The position numbers were made by a program, and so were the translations under genes. Shown piece by piece: positions 62,070-64,000 of a stretch of 64,000 nucleotides of DNA. Source of the DNA: Streptomyces virus StarPlatinum (taxonomy: Duplodnaviria; Heunggongvirae; Uroviricota; Caudoviricetes); IMG/VR virus record IMGVR_UViG_2974628900_000001, positions 60,305 through 124,304 of that record; one strand, written 5' to 3'. The notes under the pieces are model-generated. The model ran no database searches. It was not told where the DNA came from and worked only from the letters and a program-made list of their open reading frames with translations. Numbering within the stretch: the first letter of the stretch is position 1; the number at the start of each line of letters is the position of its first letter.

Positions 62070-62422
62070 CGAAAACTCGGACATGTGGGACAAATCAAAA
62101 TCTAGATGTATAGTCATCGTGTTAGTTAGGCTAAGCAATGAACCGGGGCGGCTCACGCCTTTTCGGGCTTCATGCAGACAGAAGAAGCCGTGTTCTCTCC
62201 GTCGAGAACGTGCACCCAGAATCCCAGCCAAATAACGGTGGTGCCACAGTGCTTGCAGTATCCGGTGTATTCCACAATTCCTCCAGATTGAATTGAAAGG
62301 TCCCTGGGTTGCAGCCGACCATCTGCTATTTAACCCCTCGCCCGAATGGACTGATAGGGGACCCAGGAACACACCTTATGACCTCACTACAATAGTGTAA
62401 CAAGGTCATCGCTCAGTGTCAA

Positions 62423-62665
62423 TCACCACTGCAATTCGTCAGTGACGTTGTAGTGCGAGACGAACGGCACGACCCAGCGAGAATTGAGAAGCTTTCCCTT
62501 CTCCTCCCACAGAGTGAGAGTGCCAGTCTTGGGATTGAACTCAACCCCATTGGACATGATGCCTGTGAACTCCAGCTCCCTTCGGACACCTTCTTCGAGA
62601 ACGATCACGGTTACAGTCACAGTCATGTTCTGTCCCTTCGTTGATACTAGTCTAACAGAGTACAA
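62423..62665 (-). CDS. hypothetical protein (minus strand)
   Basis: 80-aa ORF; AGTCTAACAGAGT motif just upstream (plus coordinates 62645..62657). Confidence 0.45.
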   Translation of the reverse strand: MYSVRLVSTKGQNMTVTVTVIVLEEGVRRELEFTGIMSNGVEFNPKTGTLTLWEEKGKLLNSRWVVPFVSHYNVTDELQW

Positions 62666-62702
62666 GGGACATGTCTACCACCGGGCCAAAATAACCGGGG
62701 CG

Positions 62703-62729
62703 GCCAAAAGCCCCCGCCGAAGCGGGGGC
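62703..62729 (-). terminator. rho-independent terminator (minus strand) after capsid-like gene
   Basis: On minus strand GCCCCCGC-TTCG-GCGGGGGC followed by TTTTGG. Confidence 0.7.
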
Positions 62730-62736
62730 CGTTGAC

Positions 62737-63738
62737 TCAGGCAGCCAGGGAGTAACCCAGGACAACCTTACGGATCTTGTTCTTCTCGGTGTTGGTGACC
62801 GGGTCGAATCCGGAAGCGGCGGCGAACAGGTTGTCCACCTCACCCTTACGCGGCATACGGTACCAGTCCTTGAACTCGGTGAAGGCATTCAGCGCACCGG
62901 CCATGGTACCGGCCAGAGACTGAGTGGTCTTGGGACCGTCGCCCGTGTCAGTGAAGATGCCCATGTGAAGATCGCGCTTGTTGTCCCACTTGACCTGGGA
63001 CCCCTTGACGTTCTCCTTCGGACGCTCACCGTAGATCGCAGCGAACATCTCATCGAACTTGTCCTTCGTGCACTGCACGCGGAACAGCTCGTTCATCTCA
63101 CGCTCGAACTCGTCGGCGTAAGCGAAGGTGATGTTCAGTGCCTCACGCGCGGCAGCCATGCGACCCTCGATGGTCTGAGTGTGGCGCATCTTGAAACTCT
63201 GCTTCACACCGTTACGGAGTGCGAAGTTCAGGGTGTTCTGACACACGACACGGACCGGAGTGACGCTCGCCTGCACCGCGAGAGAACCGTCATGGGAGGT
63301 GTTCACGAGCAGATACATGTTCGTGACATCGTCGTCGCCCACCAGCACCTCACGACCGATGCGCAGAGATCCGAAGACCTGCGTACCGTCCTTGATAGAA
63401 CCGGCAGTCTCCCACGTTCCACCACCCGCGAGGATGCCGTCACCGAAGGCGAACAGTTCCTCATTCTGGACGACCTTATACCGCTCCGCGACGATACCAA
63501 GGCTGTCAGCCTCACCATCGAACGGGTTGGTACGGATCACCTCGAAGGCACTCTTCTTGGTGCGACCCTTACGCTCCAGCAGCTCCAGCCGAACGTTCCA
63601 GTCGGAGAGGTGGGCGAGTCGCAGCATCTCAGAGGTGGTGAGTTCCCCGTCAAAGACGGTGCCAAGCTGGTGCCACGCGGGCTCCAGACGAGAGGCGAAC
63701 GCGACCTGACCACGGGAACCGATTTCGAGACCGTGCAT
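62737..63738 (-). CDS. putative major capsid/structural protein (minus strand)
   Basis: 333 aa from ATG with AGGAG RBS (track ORF extends to 63882); strongly expressed-gene features: terminator and conserved upstream motif; product assignment tentative. Confidence 0.45.
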   Translation of the reverse strand: MHGLEIGSRGQVAFASRLEPAWHQLGTVFDGELTTSEMLRLAHLSDWNVRLELLERKGRTKKSAFEVIRTNPFDGEADSLGIVAERYKVVQNEELFAFGDGILAGGGTWETAGSIKDGTQVFGSLRIGREVLVGDDDVTNMYLLVNTSHDGSLAVQASVTPVRVVCQNTLNFALRNGVKQSFKMRHTQTIEGRMAAAREALNITFAYADEFEREMNELFRVQCTKDKFDEMFAAIYGERPKENVKGSQVKWDNKRDLHMGIFTDTGDGPKTTQSLAGTMAGALNAFTEFKDWYRMPRKGEVDNLFAAASGFDPVTNTEKNKIRKVVLGYSLAA

Positions 63739-64000
63739 TTTTGCTCCTAGTGTAGGTGTTTCTTCTAGCTTACTTGCACGGGGACTACTTGTCAAAGTAG
63801 TCAGAGAGCACACTGTTGAGTTGATCAAGAACAGATCATCCAAGGCTTCGGGCTTTCGCCTTCCCCCTTGCTGATAGCTCAAGTCTAACAGAGTCTAGGC
63901 GGATGTGTCCACATGATTCAAGGGAGATCATTTCGCCGGGGCGGCTTGTGGCCCCCGAAGGGGCCACCGCCAATTAGGGAATCATCCCCAGAGGCTCAAA

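Noticed and set aside
61199-62372. Track ORFs in the repeat region (61199..61417 -, 61716..61958 +, 61977..62372 -, 62029..62235 +)
   Set aside because: They span the direct-repeat families, lack RBS, and overlap each other on both strands. The region is better explained as noncoding.
63303-63750. Plus-strand ORFs 62965..63750 and 63260..63709 and minus 63303..63518
   Set aside because: They are entirely inside the long minus-strand capsid-like gene and are Arg/Ser/Thr-rich shadow frames.

Overview
This 64-kb window is a gene-dense segment of a large tailed dsDNA phage genome. A WhiB-like protein suggests an actinobacteriophage; GC content is roughly 50%. Nearly all genes are on the + strand up to about 60.9 kb. 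A 1.4-kb repeat-rich noncoding region follows at about 61.0-62.4 kb, and two minus-strand genes lie beyond it at 62.4-63.9 kb. Recognisable proteins:
- Replication, recombination and repair: DnaE C-terminal fragment, MazG, RecA-like recombinase, Cas4-like nuclease, RuvC-like resolvase, DEDDh exonuclease, SprT-like protease, dCMP-type deaminase.
- DNA handling: FkbM methyltransferase, small and large terminase subunits, three HNH endonucleases, FtsK/SpoIIIE-like ATPase.
- Other: two vWA proteins, SPFH protein, metallophosphoesterase, thioredoxin, NADAR protein.

The window is dominated by an RNA-biology module:
- About 42 tRNA genes, plus several atypical tRNA-like elements.
- A tmRNA with tag ANSNVASAYALAA.
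- A Ro60/Rsr (TROVE + vWA) orthologue with candidate Y-RNA-like elements nearby.
- The T4-type tRNA repair pair RnlA-like RNA ligase and polynucleotide kinase/3'-phosphatase.
- A large paralogous family of small KOW/SH3-like proteins interleaved with the tRNAs.

A consensus sigma-70-type promoter, TTGACA-N17-TAGAGTAGT, recurs. UUCG/GNRA GC hairpins precede most tRNAs.
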